This document shows positions 39,100 to 50,539 of a DNA stretch of 64,000 bases, piece by piece. The notes beneath the pieces are model-generated. The model ran no database searches. It was given only the letters and a program-made list of their open reading frames with translations, and was not told the DNA's origin. This stretch comes from Candidatus Atribacteria bacterium (GTDB lineage Bacteria > Atribacterota > Phoenicimicrobiia > Phoenicimicrobiales > Stramentimicrobiaceae). Positions within the stretch are counted from its first letter, which is position 1. Every line of letters starts with the position of its first letter. The DNA lies in the NCBI GenBank assembly GCA_029556475.1, contig JAKQEP010000054.1:19898-83897 (forward strand), written 5' to 3'. A program made the translations under genes and the position numbers.

Positions 39100-40851
39100 A
39101 TGAAAAGAGAAAATAAGCCGCAAATACCAGAGCAAGATATTTCTATTGTGCTTTGTGGTGAAGCTGGACAGGGTATACAAACAGTGGAAGAATTATTGAC
39201 CAGAATTTTAAAGCTATCTGGGTATTATGTTTTTGCCACTAAAGAATATATGTCCCGGGTGAGAGGAGGAAGTAACTCCACCCAGATTCGAGTATCCAGC
39301 AAACCGATTCAAGCCCCGGTTGCTCGTATAGATGTGTTGATACCACTGGATAGAGAGGCTATAAAACATGTTTCTTACTATATTGATGAGCATACCATCA
39401 TTATCGGTGATGAGGAAAAACTCGATACTAATAAGAAGGTTATTAATGTATCTTTTTTAAAGATGGCTCAGGAGATAGGGAAAGCCATTTATGCCAATAT
39501 AATAGCAGTGGGACTTTTACTGGGTTTACTGGATGGAGATATTAAAATTGGTAAAGACTTTTTAACAGACTATTTTACCGAAAAGAATAAAAAAGAATTT
39601 GTAGAAGATAATATCAAAGCTTTAGAAAAGGGGTATCAGGAAGCAAGGAGGTTGATTAAAGAAAACCTCTTAAAATCTGAACGTTTGCCAAAACTTAAAA
39701 AATCCAGCAAAGTGAAGAATAATCTGTTGTTTAATGGCGCAGAGGCAGTAGGGTTAGGAGCAATTGCCGGGGGTTGTAATTTTATATCTTCCTACCCAAT
39801 GTCTCCCTCTACTGGAGTTTTGACCTTTTTAGCTCAGCATGCCCATGATTTTGATATTATTGCCGAACAGACAGAAGATGAGATAAGCGCTATTAATATG
39901 GCTATTGGAGCCTGGTATACTGGTGCACGTGCTATGGTTACTACCTCCGGAGGAGGTTTTGCCTTGATGACCGAAGGCCTCAGCTTGGCAGGTATGATTG
40001 AAACCCCTGTAGTTATTCATTTAGCTCAACGGCCAGCACCATCTACCGGATTACCAACCAGGACTGAGCAAGGGGATTTACTATTTGTCCTCTATGCCGG
40101 ACATGGAGAGTTTCCACGCATCATACTTGCTCCTGCCACTATTGAGGATGCCTATTATCTTACTCAGAAGGCATTTAATTGGGCTGATAAATTCCAGATA
40201 CCGGTCATAATTCTAACTGACCAATACACTATGGATACCTATTACAATATTAAAAAGTTAACTATTCCTAAAGAGGAGATAAATAATTTTATCATTAAGA
40301 CTGATTCTGATTATCATAGATATAATCTAAAGATAAAGGATGGGATATCGCCAAGAGGGATTCCTGGTTTTGGAGAAGGACTGGTCAGAGTAGATAGTGA
40401 TGAGCATGATGAGATGGGACTTATCACAGAAGATATGGACATTAGAAAGAGAATGGTAGAAAAAAGAAATGCCAAATGGTATCCCTTAAAAAAAGAAATA
40501 TTACCACCTACATTAGCCGGCGCAAAGGATTACCGTATATTATTGGTAGGATGGGGGTCAACATTCAATATTATTAAAGAAGCAATGGAGAGGCTGGATA
40601 GGCCGGATATTGCTTTACTCCATTTTCAACAGCTTTATCCTATTTCTGAGGAAAGTATTGTTTTTTTGGACAGGGCAGAGCAGGTTATTTCTATTGAAAA
40701 TAACTATAGTGGACAATTCAGCCGTCTGTTAGAGGCAGAAACAGGAATCAGTGTAGGAACAAAGATACTCAAATACAATGGTCTGCCCTTTTATGCTGAT
40801 GAGCTTGCCCGGGAAATAGATGATATTCTAAAGGAGGTAGCTCAAAAATGA
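39100..40851 (+). CDS. 2-oxoacid:ferredoxin oxidoreductase, fused gamma/alpha subunit
   Basis: 583 aa. N-terminal gamma-like part ([13 protein letters not shown]...) followed by an alpha part ([16 protein letters not shown]). Confidence 0.8.
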   Translation: MKRENKPQIPEQDISIVLCGEAGQGIQTVEELLTRILKLSGYYVFATKEYMSRVRGGSNSTQIRVSSKPIQAPVARIDVLIPLDREAIKHVSYYIDEHTIIIGDEEKLDTNKKVINVSFLKMAQEIGKAIYANIIAVGLLLGLLDGDIKIGKDFLTDYFTEKNKKEFVEDNIKALEKGYQEARRLIKENLLKSERLPKLKKSSKVKNNLLFNGAEAVGLGAIAGGCNFISSYPMSPSTGVLTFLAQHAHDFDIIAEQTEDEISAINMAIGAWYTGARAMVTTSGGGFALMTEGLSLAGMIETPVVIHLAQRPAPSTGLPTRTEQGDLLFVLYAGHGEFPRIILAPATIEDAYYLTQKAFNWADKFQIPVIILTDQYTMDTYYNIKKLTIPKEEINNFIIKTDSDYHRYNLKIKDGISPRGIPGFGEGLVRVDSDEHDEMGLITEDMDIRKRMVEKRNAKWYPLKKEILPPTLAGAKDYRILLVGWGSTFNIIKEAMERLDRPDIALLHFQQLYPISEESIVFLDRAEQVISIENNYSGQFSRLLEAETGISVGTKILKYNGLPFYADELAREIDDILKEVAQK

Positions 40852-41711
40852 ATAAGACTATAAGTTTCGAACAACAGATTGTTAAGCCGGCCTGGTGTCC
40901 TGGCTGTGGCAATTTTCTGATATTGAAAGCATTGCAGCAGGTTTTTACAGAACTATCTTTGTTACCTCAGGAAGTGGTCATCGTCTCCGGTATCGGTCAG
41001 GCAGCCAAAACTCCACAATATCTAAATGTAAATATGTTCAATGGATTACACGGCAGAGCTTTGCCACCTGCTACCGCAATTAAAGCATGTAATTCAAAAT
41101 TGACCGTTATTGCGGAAGGTGGAGATGGTGATATGTACGGAGAGGGTGGAAACCACTTTATACATACCATCAGGCGAAATCCAGACGTAACCCATTTAGT
41201 CCATAATAATATGGTCTACGGGCTTACCAAAGGACAGGCATCACCCACCAGCGATATTGGATATAAAACACCGGTGCAGGTGGATGGGGTCATATCTGAC
41301 CCTATTAATCCAATAGCTATGGCTATCTCTCTGGGAGCCTCTTTTGTAGCAAGGGCTTATTGCGGTGACATAGAGCACACTATTGAAATTATTAAAAAGG
41401 CAATACAGCATCGTGGGTATGCTTTGGTAGATATTTTCCAGCCCTGTGTTACCTTCAATAAAGTAAATACCTTTCAATGGTTTAAGGACAATACTTATAT
41501 TCTCCAGGATCACGATGTTCACGATATAAATAAGGCTTTTATTCGGGCAACTGAAAGAGACAGGCTACCGGTAGGGATTTTTTATCAGAATGAACAGAAA
41601 GAAACCTTTGAACAGAGGTTAAAGGTACTAGAAGAGGGCAAAGGAGACTTTTTATTCAGAGCTATGAATAAAAAGGGTTTAGAGGAGCTGTTAAAAGTTA
41701 GAGAATATTGA
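40848..41711 (+). CDS. 2-oxoacid:ferredoxin oxidoreductase beta (TPP-binding) subunit
   Basis: 287 aa. WCPGCGNF and [10 protein letters not shown] motifs. Overlaps the alpha gene by 4 nt. Confidence 0.8.
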   Translation: MNKTISFEQQIVKPAWCPGCGNFLILKALQQVFTELSLLPQEVVIVSGIGQAAKTPQYLNVNMFNGLHGRALPPATAIKACNSKLTVIAEGGDGDMYGEGGNHFIHTIRRNPDVTHLVHNNMVYGLTKGQASPTSDIGYKTPVQVDGVISDPINPIAMAISLGASFVARAYCGDIEHTIEIIKKAIQHRGYALVDIFQPCVTFNKVNTFQWFKDNTYILQDHDVHDINKAFIRATERDRLPVGIFYQNEQKETFEQRLKVLEEGKGDFLFRAMNKKGLEELLKVREY

Positions 41712-41721
41712 AATAAAATAA

Positions 41722-43266
41722 ATGATTATAAAAGATATAGAAAGGAAGTTTATATTGATTGAGATTGCCTTTAGTAAATATGGAAAAATAAGACTATTCT
41801 CAATACTGATTATCTTTTTGATCATTTTTTTCAACACTACAAGTTTTGTTCTTGCTGAAGCCCTCCGAGAAGCTGCTTTTTTGCAGGATTATGTGGTAGA
41901 CAAGTTTGATTCAGCAATATTTCAGCTATATTTAAAATCGATGGAGGAATTGGATAATCAGGAAATAGAATTTATTGATTTACTCTCAGAACAATCAAAA
42001 GATAGGCAGATGTTATATGGGAAACTGGTTTATCAGGAGGGTTTCAGTTCAAATATATTTTTTCAGCTAAAAAAAGAAGTAGAGGATAGGGATAGGCAGC
42101 TATTTCCTGAAGAAGAAGATTTTATCCCACAGATGTTACCATTTCCAACCCAGCCAACTATGAAATGGTGGGAAAGGCTTTATGCTCATGTGGTTTCAAT
42201 GAGAAAAGTCCTTACTATCACTGAGTATAATCGTTTTGCCATGTGTGGAGTTGACCCCGCACGTAGTGAAAGAGTGGTAAAAAGAATAAAGAATTATTAT
42301 GATTGGAACGAGAAATGGTTTAAAGAAGGACAGGATGTTGAGTATTTAGCAGAAAAAGCTGCCATAGAGGAGAATATTTTTTTGGCTCGCAGACTATTTC
42401 ATGAGGCTGCTGGTTGTTATCATGTAGGGAATTTTATTAATTTTTATGATATAAAATTAAAATTAGAATCGCAAGAGGCAGCCCGAAGGTGTTATGTGAA
42501 GGCAATTGCATTATACGAAGAGAAGGACAGACCTATTAGAATTGAAATACCTTTTCGAGAAGCAGAAATCCCTGGTTATCTTATGTTAAATAATAAACCA
42601 AATCAACCCTTAATTATCTTTGTTAACGTGTTGAATAATATCAAAGAGGTAGAAAATCACTACTTTGCACTGGATTTTTTAGAAGCAGGATTTAATGTAT
42701 TCAGTTTTGATGGGCCAGGACAGGGAGAAATGCATCAGAAGATGCGTTTAATTCCTGATTATGAGCAGGCTATTATTACCATTATCGACTGGTTTGAAAA
42801 TAATAATACCTTTAATATTGATATGGAAAGGATTGGAGTAGTGGGATTGAGTTTTGGTGGATTATCTTCAGTGATTGCCGCAGCCCAGGATCCCAGGATT
42901 GATTGTGTTATCAGTAACGGCGGGTATGCCTATATCCCTCCACTTTCCTTTATTAAAAAATTACACATTAGCACACGGCTAGCTGTTAGCTACATGAGTG
43001 GTATTAATAGTATGAAAGTGTTTTACCAAAAATTTGGCCATCTTGATATTAAGAATTTTCCACCCTTAGAGCGTCCTATGTTAATTATCCAGGGTGGGAA
43101 GGATGATGTGGTACCTGCAGAGCATGCCTTTTACTTTATGGATTGGGCAGTTGGCAAAGATAAAGAATTGCTCTATATTGAAGATTCTAACCATTGCTGT
43201 CAGGACCGTTTTGATATTGTTATGCCCTATACTATCGACTGGTTCAAGAAATACTTATATGAGTAA
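41722..43266 (+). CDS. alpha/beta-hydrolase (FrsA/DUF1100-like) with N-terminal TM helix
   Basis: 514 aa. Nucleophile elbow GLSFGG, and GGKDDVVP near the C-terminus. Confidence 0.55.
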   Translation: MIIKDIERKFILIEIAFSKYGKIRLFSILIIFLIIFFNTTSFVLAEALREAAFLQDYVVDKFDSAIFQLYLKSMEELDNQEIEFIDLLSEQSKDRQMLYGKLVYQEGFSSNIFFQLKKEVEDRDRQLFPEEEDFIPQMLPFPTQPTMKWWERLYAHVVSMRKVLTITEYNRFAMCGVDPARSERVVKRIKNYYDWNEKWFKEGQDVEYLAEKAAIEENIFLARRLFHEAAGCYHVGNFINFYDIKLKLESQEAARRCYVKAIALYEEKDRPIRIEIPFREAEIPGYLMLNNKPNQPLIIFVNVLNNIKEVENHYFALDFLEAGFNVFSFDGPGQGEMHQKMRLIPDYEQAIITIIDWFENNNTFNIDMERIGVVGLSFGGLSSVIAAAQDPRIDCVISNGGYAYIPPLSFIKKLHISTRLAVSYMSGINSMKVFYQKFGHLDIKNFPPLERPMLIIQGGKDDVVPAEHAFYFMDWAVGKDKELLYIEDSNHCCQDRFDIVMPYTIDWFKKYLYE

Positions 43267-44461
43267 GGGAAACAAAAGATTACCTAATAAAATAATTTCC
43301 AGAATAGTTCTCGGTATTCTTAGATGGTACTTGAGTACTATATTTTTTTTAAAGCTGGAAAGAAACGATACACTAAAGATGACCCCACCCTATCTGTTGA
43401 TAGGCAATCATGCCAATTTTTGGGATGGTTTTTTAGTTAATCTTTTTATCAAAGAACCAATCTGCTTTCTGGTTTCAGATGAATATTTCCGGACCCCCCT
43501 TTTTAAAATGTTATTGCAAATTGAGGGCTCTATTCCTAAAAAGAAGTTTATGACAGATCTGGCAGCTGTGAAAGAGGCTTTGAGAGCCAAAGAGGCTGGG
43601 CGCATAATCGGTGTCTTCCCGGAAGGTATGCGTAATTGGGATGGTTCTGTAGGAGAGCTAATATTTGCTACTGCTAAATTTATTAAAATGCTCAATATAC
43701 CGGTAGTAAGAGTGTTATCTAAGGGCTCATATCTCTCCTTTCCCCGTTGGGCACATTATAAGAGGAAAGGAAAAATCATCTTTGATTATGAATTGATAAT
43801 GATGGCTGAACAGATTAAAGAAATGTCGATTGATGAAATATTTCGTAAAATTAATGATAGCCTTTCTTACAACGAATATGATTATCAGAGAAAGACTATG
43901 AATACTTACCAGGGTAAAAATCTGGCGGAGAGATTAGAATTATATCTCTACCTCTGTCCTAACTGTCAGCAAATTGGTACACTCACCTCCAGAGATGATG
44001 TACTTTTTTGTGGTAAATGTGGTTATCAGGTAAAATATAACGTATATGGGTTCTTTACTAACGGTAAAGAAAGACTCTATTTTGATAACCCGGCTGACTG
44101 GAATAGATGGCAGGTTAATTACACTAAGAGCCTTCTCAAGACTTATCAAGAGAGTAACTACACAGGTATTTTTATTCAAGAAAAAGATGTAAATTGCCAG
44201 ATGGTTGACCATTTTAAAAAATTAGAGCCATGGAAAGATGGCCAGCTTTTATGGCAGGGAAAGAGTATTCTTTTCCATAAAAATGGAAAAGAATACTTAA
44301 ATTTTGAGTTAGAACATATCAAAGGTATAAATGTTCAATATAATAACCGGTTTGATTTTTATCATAAAGAACAATTATACCAATTTTATTTTAATTGTGA
44401 CTCAATCTCAGCCTATAAGTGGGAAACTATGATAAAACTGGCTCAGCAAATATTCTTTTAA
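43259..44461 (+). CDS. lysophospholipid acyltransferase (PlsC-like) with C-terminal zinc-ribbon region
   Basis: ATG at 43259 overlaps the upstream stop. HANFWD (HxxxxD) and FPEGMR motifs. CPNCQQ...CGKCGY. Confidence 0.65.
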   Translation: MSKGNKRLPNKIISRIVLGILRWYLSTIFFLKLERNDTLKMTPPYLLIGNHANFWDGFLVNLFIKEPICFLVSDEYFRTPLFKMLLQIEGSIPKKKFMTDLAAVKEALRAKEAGRIIGVFPEGMRNWDGSVGELIFATAKFIKMLNIPVVRVLSKGSYLSFPRWAHYKRKGKIIFDYELIMMAEQIKEMSIDEIFRKINDSLSYNEYDYQRKTMNTYQGKNLAERLELYLYLCPNCQQIGTLTSRDDVLFCGKCGYQVKYNVYGFFTNGKERLYFDNPADWNRWQVNYTKSLLKTYQESNYTGIFIQEKDVNCQMVDHFKKLEPWKDGQLLWQGKSILFHKNGKEYLNFELEHIKGINVQYNNRFDFYHKEQLYQFYFNCDSISAYKWETMIKLAQQIFF

Positions 44462-44480
44462 CAAAATTGGGGGAGGAACT

Positions 44481-45836
44481 ATGCATCAAAACTGGTCTCT
44501 TGTTATGGATTTTTTATGGCTTTCTTTGTTTATTGGTATCGGGGTTTTTTTTAAAAGAAAAGTATATTTTTTCCAGAAATACCTGTTCCCCACTGCAATT
44601 ATTGCCGGCTTTATCGGTTTAATACTGGGAAGTGAGGTATTAAAGGTAATAAATTTAGATAGTGAAAGATTGGGCAGCCTGGTTTACCATCTGATGGCTA
44701 TTGGTTTTATATCCATCGCCCTTAAAAAAAGAGAGAATATTCATACCCGTGATATCTTTAATTCTGGTGTTTATATTGTCAGCATTTATCTGATACAGGG
44801 CATTATCGGTTTCATTCTTTCCCTGTTGCTGGTCAATACCTTTTTCCCTGATCTATTTCCGACCTTCGGATTGTTATTACCACTGGGATTTGGGCAAGGT
44901 CCTGGAGAAGCCTATGCAATTGGCTATCAGTGGGAAGAATTAGGGTTCTATCAAGGAGGAAACATTGGACTTTCCATTGCTACTATAGGATTCCTCTGGG
45001 CTTGTATTGTAGGGGTTGTCTTAATGAATTATCTAATAAAAAAGAATAAATTTACAGTCGAGTTGGATAAATACACCGCCAGAGAAAAGATATATGAAGA
45101 GATGGACCCTGGTGAGTTACCTTTGGCTGCCTCTTTAGATGACATCTCTATTCAGCTGTTTTTAATAGGACTGGTCTATTTAGTAACATATTTAACATTA
45201 TTGGGTCTTAACAAGATACTTTTGCCGCTGGGGACTTTTGGTGAGACACTGGCTCAGCTGTTGTGGGGATTCCATTTTATTATCGGCACTCTCTATGCTA
45301 TTTTATTAAGGGTTATTTTTAATCAGTTAAATCGGATGAAGATTATGAGCCATGAATATCCCAATAGCTATATGCTGCAAAGAATCGCGGGAGGTTCTTT
45401 TGATTTTATGATAACCGCATCTATTGCCGCCATTTCTTTAAAGACCCTTCATTATTATCTGGTTCCAACTCTATTGATTACCACTATAGGAGGCATCGTA
45501 ACTATTACCTTTATCCTCTGGATGACTCCCCGTGTTTTTAAGGAGGATGTTTTTCAAAACATCATGGTTTTTTATGGCACCTATACCGGTACTATCTCTA
45601 CAGGAATGGCTTTATTAAAGCAGGTAGATCCGGGCTTTCATTCTGGTGCTTCAGATAATATTGTACTGGGTAGTGGAGTGGCACTTTTATTTGGCTTTCC
45701 ACTTATGATTATGTTAAATATTCCTATTTTTGGATATGTTACCAATCAACCGATAATGTATCTTGTTGCATTGCTTGCTTTCTTTACTTATTTTGCTATT
45801 CTCTATCTTATTCTTTATAAAAATAGAGTAAAATAG
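44481..45836 (+). CDS. polytopic transporter, sodium/glutamate symporter (GltS/ESS)-like
   Basis: 451 aa. The N-terminal FFQKYLFPTAIIAGFIGL resembles the GltS FLKKYTIPEPVAGG. Assignment tentative. Confidence 0.45.
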   Translation: MHQNWSLVMDFLWLSLFIGIGVFFKRKVYFFQKYLFPTAIIAGFIGLILGSEVLKVINLDSERLGSLVYHLMAIGFISIALKKRENIHTRDIFNSGVYIVSIYLIQGIIGFILSLLLVNTFFPDLFPTFGLLLPLGFGQGPGEAYAIGYQWEELGFYQGGNIGLSIATIGFLWACIVGVVLMNYLIKKNKFTVELDKYTAREKIYEEMDPGELPLAASLDDISIQLFLIGLVYLVTYLTLLGLNKILLPLGTFGETLAQLLWGFHFIIGTLYAILLRVIFNQLNRMKIMSHEYPNSYMLQRIAGGSFDFMITASIAAISLKTLHYYLVPTLLITTIGGIVTITFILWMTPRVFKEDVFQNIMVFYGTYTGTISTGMALLKQVDPGFHSGASDNIVLGSGVALLFGFPLMIMLNIPIFGYVTNQPIMYLVALLAFFTYFAILYLILYKNRVK

Positions 45837-45996
45837 CTTTTTATTAACTACTTTAAAAAAACCAGACCAGTAATTATCATCATAAATTTACCTATATAAG
45901 AAAACTCCTTTAAGTTTTGAGCAATTTTGACATTAGGTGAGTCTTATCACATAATATAAAATAAGTGAGAAAATAAGTGGGATAAGGTAAAGAAAA

Positions 45997-46935
45997 ATGG
46001 CCACAGTTATCGTAATAGGGGCTATTAATCTGGATTGCCTGGTCTATACCCCCCATTTTCCTAATAAAGGAGACAATATAAGGGTTAAAGATATGAAGTG
46101 TTCTTTAGGGGGGAGAGGTGCCAATCAGGCAGTAGCTCTAACCAATTTAAAAGTTGCCGCGTTACTGATGGGAAAGGTAGGAAATGATTTTGCTGGAGAT
46201 TATGCCCTTTCCATCTTAAAAAAATACAAGGTAAATACCGAATATGTCCTTAAAAGCAGCAGTGGAAAAACCGGCCTCTGCTCAATCCTGGTCAGCCCGG
46301 ATGGAGAGAATACCATTATGGGTTTCCCGGCTATCAACCGAACGGTAGAACCTGATTTTTTGATGCGCTTTGAATACCTGTTTGAAATAGCCCAATGGCT
46401 TGCTATTTCTCTGGAATATCCTTTAGATGTGGTGGAATTAGCCCTAAAGTTAGCCCGAAAATATGGACTTAAGACAGTGCTCGATCCCTCTCCTTTGATT
46501 GAACTGCCCAAACAAAATATATGGAATATGGTAGATTATGTCATACCAAATAAAAAGGAAATAGGAATCCTTACCGATGAAGAGGAGATGCTTCAAGGTG
46601 CCATAGTATTAAAAAATTGGGGAGTGGGAGAAGTAATTGTAAAACAAGGTAGTCAGGGATGTAGTTTTTTACATCAGGATAACCTGATTAATGTACCAGC
46701 ATTCCCCGTAAAAGCTGTTTTAGACACTACTGGTGCCGGGGATTTATTCGATGCTGCCTTTTTATATGGATTAATACAGTCAAATTCAGTAGCAAAAGCT
46801 GCCCAGATTGGCAATCTGGTTGCCTCCTATGCAGTGCAAAAACCTGGCACATGTGAATCTTTCCCCGAGCGGAGGGAAATAGACTGGGAATGGCTGGAAA
46901 GAAGGAAAAAAGGTCTATTCAACCAGCAGGATTAA
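45997..46935 (+). CDS. PfkB-family sugar kinase (ribokinase-like)
   Basis: 312 aa. VIGAINLD N-terminus, GGRGANQA, DTTGAGD. Confidence 0.7.
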   Translation: MATVIVIGAINLDCLVYTPHFPNKGDNIRVKDMKCSLGGRGANQAVALTNLKVAALLMGKVGNDFAGDYALSILKKYKVNTEYVLKSSSGKTGLCSILVSPDGENTIMGFPAINRTVEPDFLMRFEYLFEIAQWLAISLEYPLDVVELALKLARKYGLKTVLDPSPLIELPKQNIWNMVDYVIPNKKEIGILTDEEEMLQGAIVLKNWGVGEVIVKQGSQGCSFLHQDNLINVPAFPVKAVLDTTGAGDLFDAAFLYGLIQSNSVAKAAQIGNLVASYAVQKPGTCESFPERREIDWEWLERRKKGLFNQQD

Positions 46936-46992
46936 ATAGTTTTAGAGCACCTGTAGATGAGAAGTTAAACAGAAATTGATAGAGGAGTTTAT

Positions 46993-47418
46993 ATGTTGGA
47001 AAAATGTCCCTTTTGCCAGATAATTAATAGAGGGAAAGAGGCATATATAGTCTATGAAGATGAAAAATGTATGGCATTTCTGGATGCTTATCCGGTTACA
47101 GAGGGCCACACCCTGGTAATACCGAAAGAACATTATGAAAATATTTATGAAATACCAGAAGAATACCTTGCCCACCTAATCAGGATTTGTAAAAGATTAG
47201 CCCTTGATTATAAAAAAATATTCCAGACCATTGGTCTAAATATTATACAATCCAATGGTATTGCTGCTAAACAAACAATATTTCATTTTCATATTCATCT
47301 TGTTCCACGTTATGAACAGGATGGACTTTCTCTTTTTCGTCACCATTTTCCCAGAAGTGAGGATAATCTCTCGCGGGCTTACCACAAAATCGTAAACTTT
47401 CAAAGAGAAATAAAATAA
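46993..47418 (+). CDS. HIT-family (histidine triad) protein
   Basis: 141 aa. CPFCQII and HFHIHLVP motifs. Confidence 0.8.
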   Translation: MLEKCPFCQIINRGKEAYIVYEDEKCMAFLDAYPVTEGHTLVIPKEHYENIYEIPEEYLAHLIRICKRLALDYKKIFQTIGLNIIQSNGIAAKQTIFHFHIHLVPRYEQDGLSLFRHHFPRSEDNLSRAYHKIVNFQREIK

Positions 47419-47446
47419 TATTGTCCACGGTTAAATAGGAAGATTA

Positions 47447-50400
47447 ATGGAACAAATCTTAAAACATTTACAGAATATAAGTCAAAAATACCCTTTCCAC
47501 AAAAAGACTATTCTGGCACCTTCTTATCTGGACGGAAACGCCTTTAAAAAAAGCTTGACTTTAAAGGGTTTTTCGGCTTTAAATTTTGATATTACCACAC
47601 TTTTTGATGTCGCCCGCGATATATATTTCCCTGTTTTATTAAAAAATGAATGGAAGATCCTGGATAGCACTATAGGACAGATACTGGTTTTTGACATATT
47701 AAAAGCATTGTCCTCAGAAGAAAAATTATCCTATTTTAAATTACCACTACTCACGCCTTCTCTGGCGGCAACGATATTCAGAACTATCAAAGAGATAAGA
47801 GTTTCCGGCTATTCTGCTCACAATTTTCCTCAAAAAATACAAACAGTATCTCCCAAGATGAGAGACCTGTTTCTAATAATAGTAGAGTATGAGCGAAAAC
47901 TAAAGGAAGAAAGATTGCTCGATGAAGCCGAACTCTACTCTCTAGCAGAAAGATTAAAACCGAAGAAGGAAGAAATAATCTATCTGATTCCTGCCAATAT
48001 ACCAATGAATGAGATGGAATTAAGATTTTATAAAAAAAGAATAAAACCAAAATCAATTCTGCTTCACTTTAGCTGTCCTGAAGCAAGTACTGCACCGCAC
48101 AGTTTTCCAATAACCGCTTATGGAGACAGTTCTCAATCATATGAAGAATATTTTTACAACATATTACAGCATAGAGAAAATATTGATTTTCAGCAGTTAC
48201 CATCCCTAGACCTGGAATTTGTGCAAACCTATGGAGAATACAATGAAACCAGAGAAGTTTTAAGAAAAATTATGATAGAAGGGTATCCTTTTGATAAGGT
48301 ACAGGTTTTTTACACTACACAGGAACCATACTCTCAGTATTTTTATCAATTATCCCTCCTTTATCAGATACCGATGACTTTTCACAGTGGTATTAGTATA
48401 AAAAATAGTTGTCCCGCTCAATTTTTATTCTCTTTATTCGATTGGATTATTGATAATTATAGTATTGCGAAGTTAATTACACTATTAAAGTATTCCTCTC
48501 TTGATAGAAATATAAGGAGTACCGAGACAGAGCAAAAATTTACTTCATTATTGAGGCAGTCTCCTATTGGCTGGGGAAGAGAGCGTTATCTCCCTGGCTT
48601 TGACTTAGCTATTGAAGAGAGAGAAAAACAAATAAATAATACCTCCAAGGAAAAAGCAAAGGAGCTATCTGACGATATTCAACACCTATTTGCCCTTAAA
48701 GAATGGATAGAAGAATTATTTAAGGAAATTCCGGACCAAAAATTTGAACACCTCATTTCCCTTTCCAGATTAGCAGGTGGACTATTACGGTTGGTGAAAA
48801 AATATGCTCAAAAAGAAAAGGGTAATATAGATGAAGAAGCAGAGTTGATTATTGAGCATAAATTAGACGCTTTACAGATAGATATTTCTACACAAATTAC
48901 TATCAATGAGGGCCTACTTCTGATTAAAAATTTAATTGAACAGGAACGCATAAACTGTTCTACTCCCTTACCCGGTCATCTGCATATTGCCAGCTATAAG
49001 AAAGGAATCTGGATAGACCGCCTTTATACCTTTTTAGTAGGAATGGATTATCAAAAATTTCCCGGCAGTTCTAATGGAGAAACTTTGTTGTTGGAAACAG
49101 AAATGCACCCCTTTCAGCATTTGTTAAACAATAATCAAAAAAATAAGATAGAACAGTTACGTCTATTGCAACTTATTTTATCTCGTAGAGAAAAGATATG
49201 TCTTTCTTTCTCCGGTTACCATACTACAGTTCAGCGTGAACAATCACCTGCCAATCTGTTCTTTCAGCTTTTTCGGTTTCAGAAAAAAAATATTAATCTG
49301 GACTATAGTATTTTTTACCAGGATTTGAGCCCTGCCAGAAGTTTTATTCCTGAAAATAGTATAGAAATTTTAGATGAGGGGGAGTTTTTTCTCTATTTTG
49401 CCAAACAAGAGAAAATGGATTTACAATCATTATATGCACAGAAATACATTACCTTCCGGGAAGGGATTAGAGCTGACAGGATAAGAACAGAAGAGGGATT
49501 CAATGCCTACAATGGAAATATTCAGGTTAATGCCAACATCACCGATCCCCGCAAAAACAGAGGTATAGTATTATCAGCTTCTAAACTGGAAAGAATTGCT
49601 TATTGCCCCTATCTTTATTTCCTATTAGATATTCTTAAGATAAAACCTCCCAAAGAAATGGCTTATGACCCCTTCACCTGGCTTGACCCCTTAGAGAGAG
49701 GACTGCTCCTTCATAAGATATTTGAAAGATTTTATCGAATATTGCTCAGTAATTCTAATGGCAGAAAAGTAATACCTTCTTATTCACAACACTGGAATTT
49801 ATTGAAGGAAACGGCTGAAGAGAGTTTAGCAGAAAGAAGAAGGCATCTGGCACCACCGGGGGAATTGGTTTACGAGGCTGAAAAAAAGGAGATATTGGAG
49901 TCCTGCCAGATCTTTTTAAAAGAGGAAGAAGAAATTTATAAAAGGTACTCTAATCGGCCACTGTACTTTGAGCTGGCCTTTGGTACCCGGGATAATGAGC
50001 ATGAAATTTTAGGGAAGATTAAAGCCATTGAATTAAAAATTCCTGATGGAAACAGAATCAGTATTCAAGGGAAAATTGACCGGGTAGATGTTTTACCTGA
50101 CGGAACTTTTCTAGTAATCGATTATAAGACTGGAAGCTCCAGAGATTATAATAAAAAAAATCCTTTCCGCCATGGTCAACAAATACAGCATGCCCTTTAT
50201 GCTATGGCTGTAGAAGATATACTGGCAAAGAAGGAAGTTGGGTATGAGCTGAAAGTGAGTGAATCGGGATATTATTTTCCTACTACCTCTGGTCTGGGCA
50301 ATATTGTCCTGTACCAACAACATAACAGAGAGCAGGTTTTGGAGATAATAAATATTTTGCTGGATTTAGTGACCAAAGGAAATTTTGCTATGATTCAAAA

Positions 50401-50539
50401 AGCAGACGAGCTGATGTGTAAAGATTATAAAGAGATAATGGAGCAGAATCAGGTAATTCCCGTGAAAGGGACAAAAGGAGAGATATATGACAGTGAACCA
50501 GCTCTGGAAGAGATAAGGAGGTTACAGCAATTTGAATAG
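47447..50539 (+). CDS. addB: helicase-nuclease complex subunit B (AddB/RexB-like, PD-(D/E)XK nuclease)
   Basis: 1030 aa. C-terminal nuclease motif GKIDRVDVLPDGTFLVIDYKTG. Precedes and overlaps addA by 8 nt. Confidence 0.7.
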   Translation: MEQILKHLQNISQKYPFHKKTILAPSYLDGNAFKKSLTLKGFSALNFDITTLFDVARDIYFPVLLKNEWKILDSTIGQILVFDILKALSSEEKLSYFKLPLLTPSLAATIFRTIKEIRVSGYSAHNFPQKIQTVSPKMRDLFLIIVEYERKLKEERLLDEAELYSLAERLKPKKEEIIYLIPANIPMNEMELRFYKKRIKPKSILLHFSCPEASTAPHSFPITAYGDSSQSYEEYFYNILQHRENIDFQQLPSLDLEFVQTYGEYNETREVLRKIMIEGYPFDKVQVFYTTQEPYSQYFYQLSLLYQIPMTFHSGISIKNSCPAQFLFSLFDWIIDNYSIAKLITLLKYSSLDRNIRSTETEQKFTSLLRQSPIGWGRERYLPGFDLAIEEREKQINNTSKEKAKELSDDIQHLFALKEWIEELFKEIPDQKFEHLISLSRLAGGLLRLVKKYAQKEKGNIDEEAELIIEHKLDALQIDISTQITINEGLLLIKNLIEQERINCSTPLPGHLHIASYKKGIWIDRLYTFLVGMDYQKFPGSSNGETLLLETEMHPFQHLLNNNQKNKIEQLRLLQLILSRREKICLSFSGYHTTVQREQSPANLFFQLFRFQKKNINLDYSIFYQDLSPARSFIPENSIEILDEGEFFLYFAKQEKMDLQSLYAQKYITFREGIRADRIRTEEGFNAYNGNIQVNANITDPRKNRGIVLSASKLERIAYCPYLYFLLDILKIKPPKEMAYDPFTWLDPLERGLLLHKIFERFYRILLSNSNGRKVIPSYSQHWNLLKETAEESLAERRRHLAPPGELVYEAEKKEILESCQIFLKEEEEIYKRYSNRPLYFELAFGTRDNEHEILGKIKAIELKIPDGNRISIQGKIDRVDVLPDGTFLVIDYKTGSSRDYNKKNPFRHGQQIQHALYAMAVEDILAKKEVGYELKVSESGYYFPTTSGLGNIVLYQQHNREQVLEIINILLDLVTKGNFAMIQKADELMCKDYKEIMEQNQVIPVKGTKGEIYDSEPALEEIRRLQQFE

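Noticed and set aside
43094-43258. 55-codon extension of the acyltransferase ORF overlapping the alpha/beta-hydrolase gene
   Set aside because: It lies entirely inside the upstream gene in another frame. ATG 43259, overlapping the upstream stop, gives a normal N-terminus.
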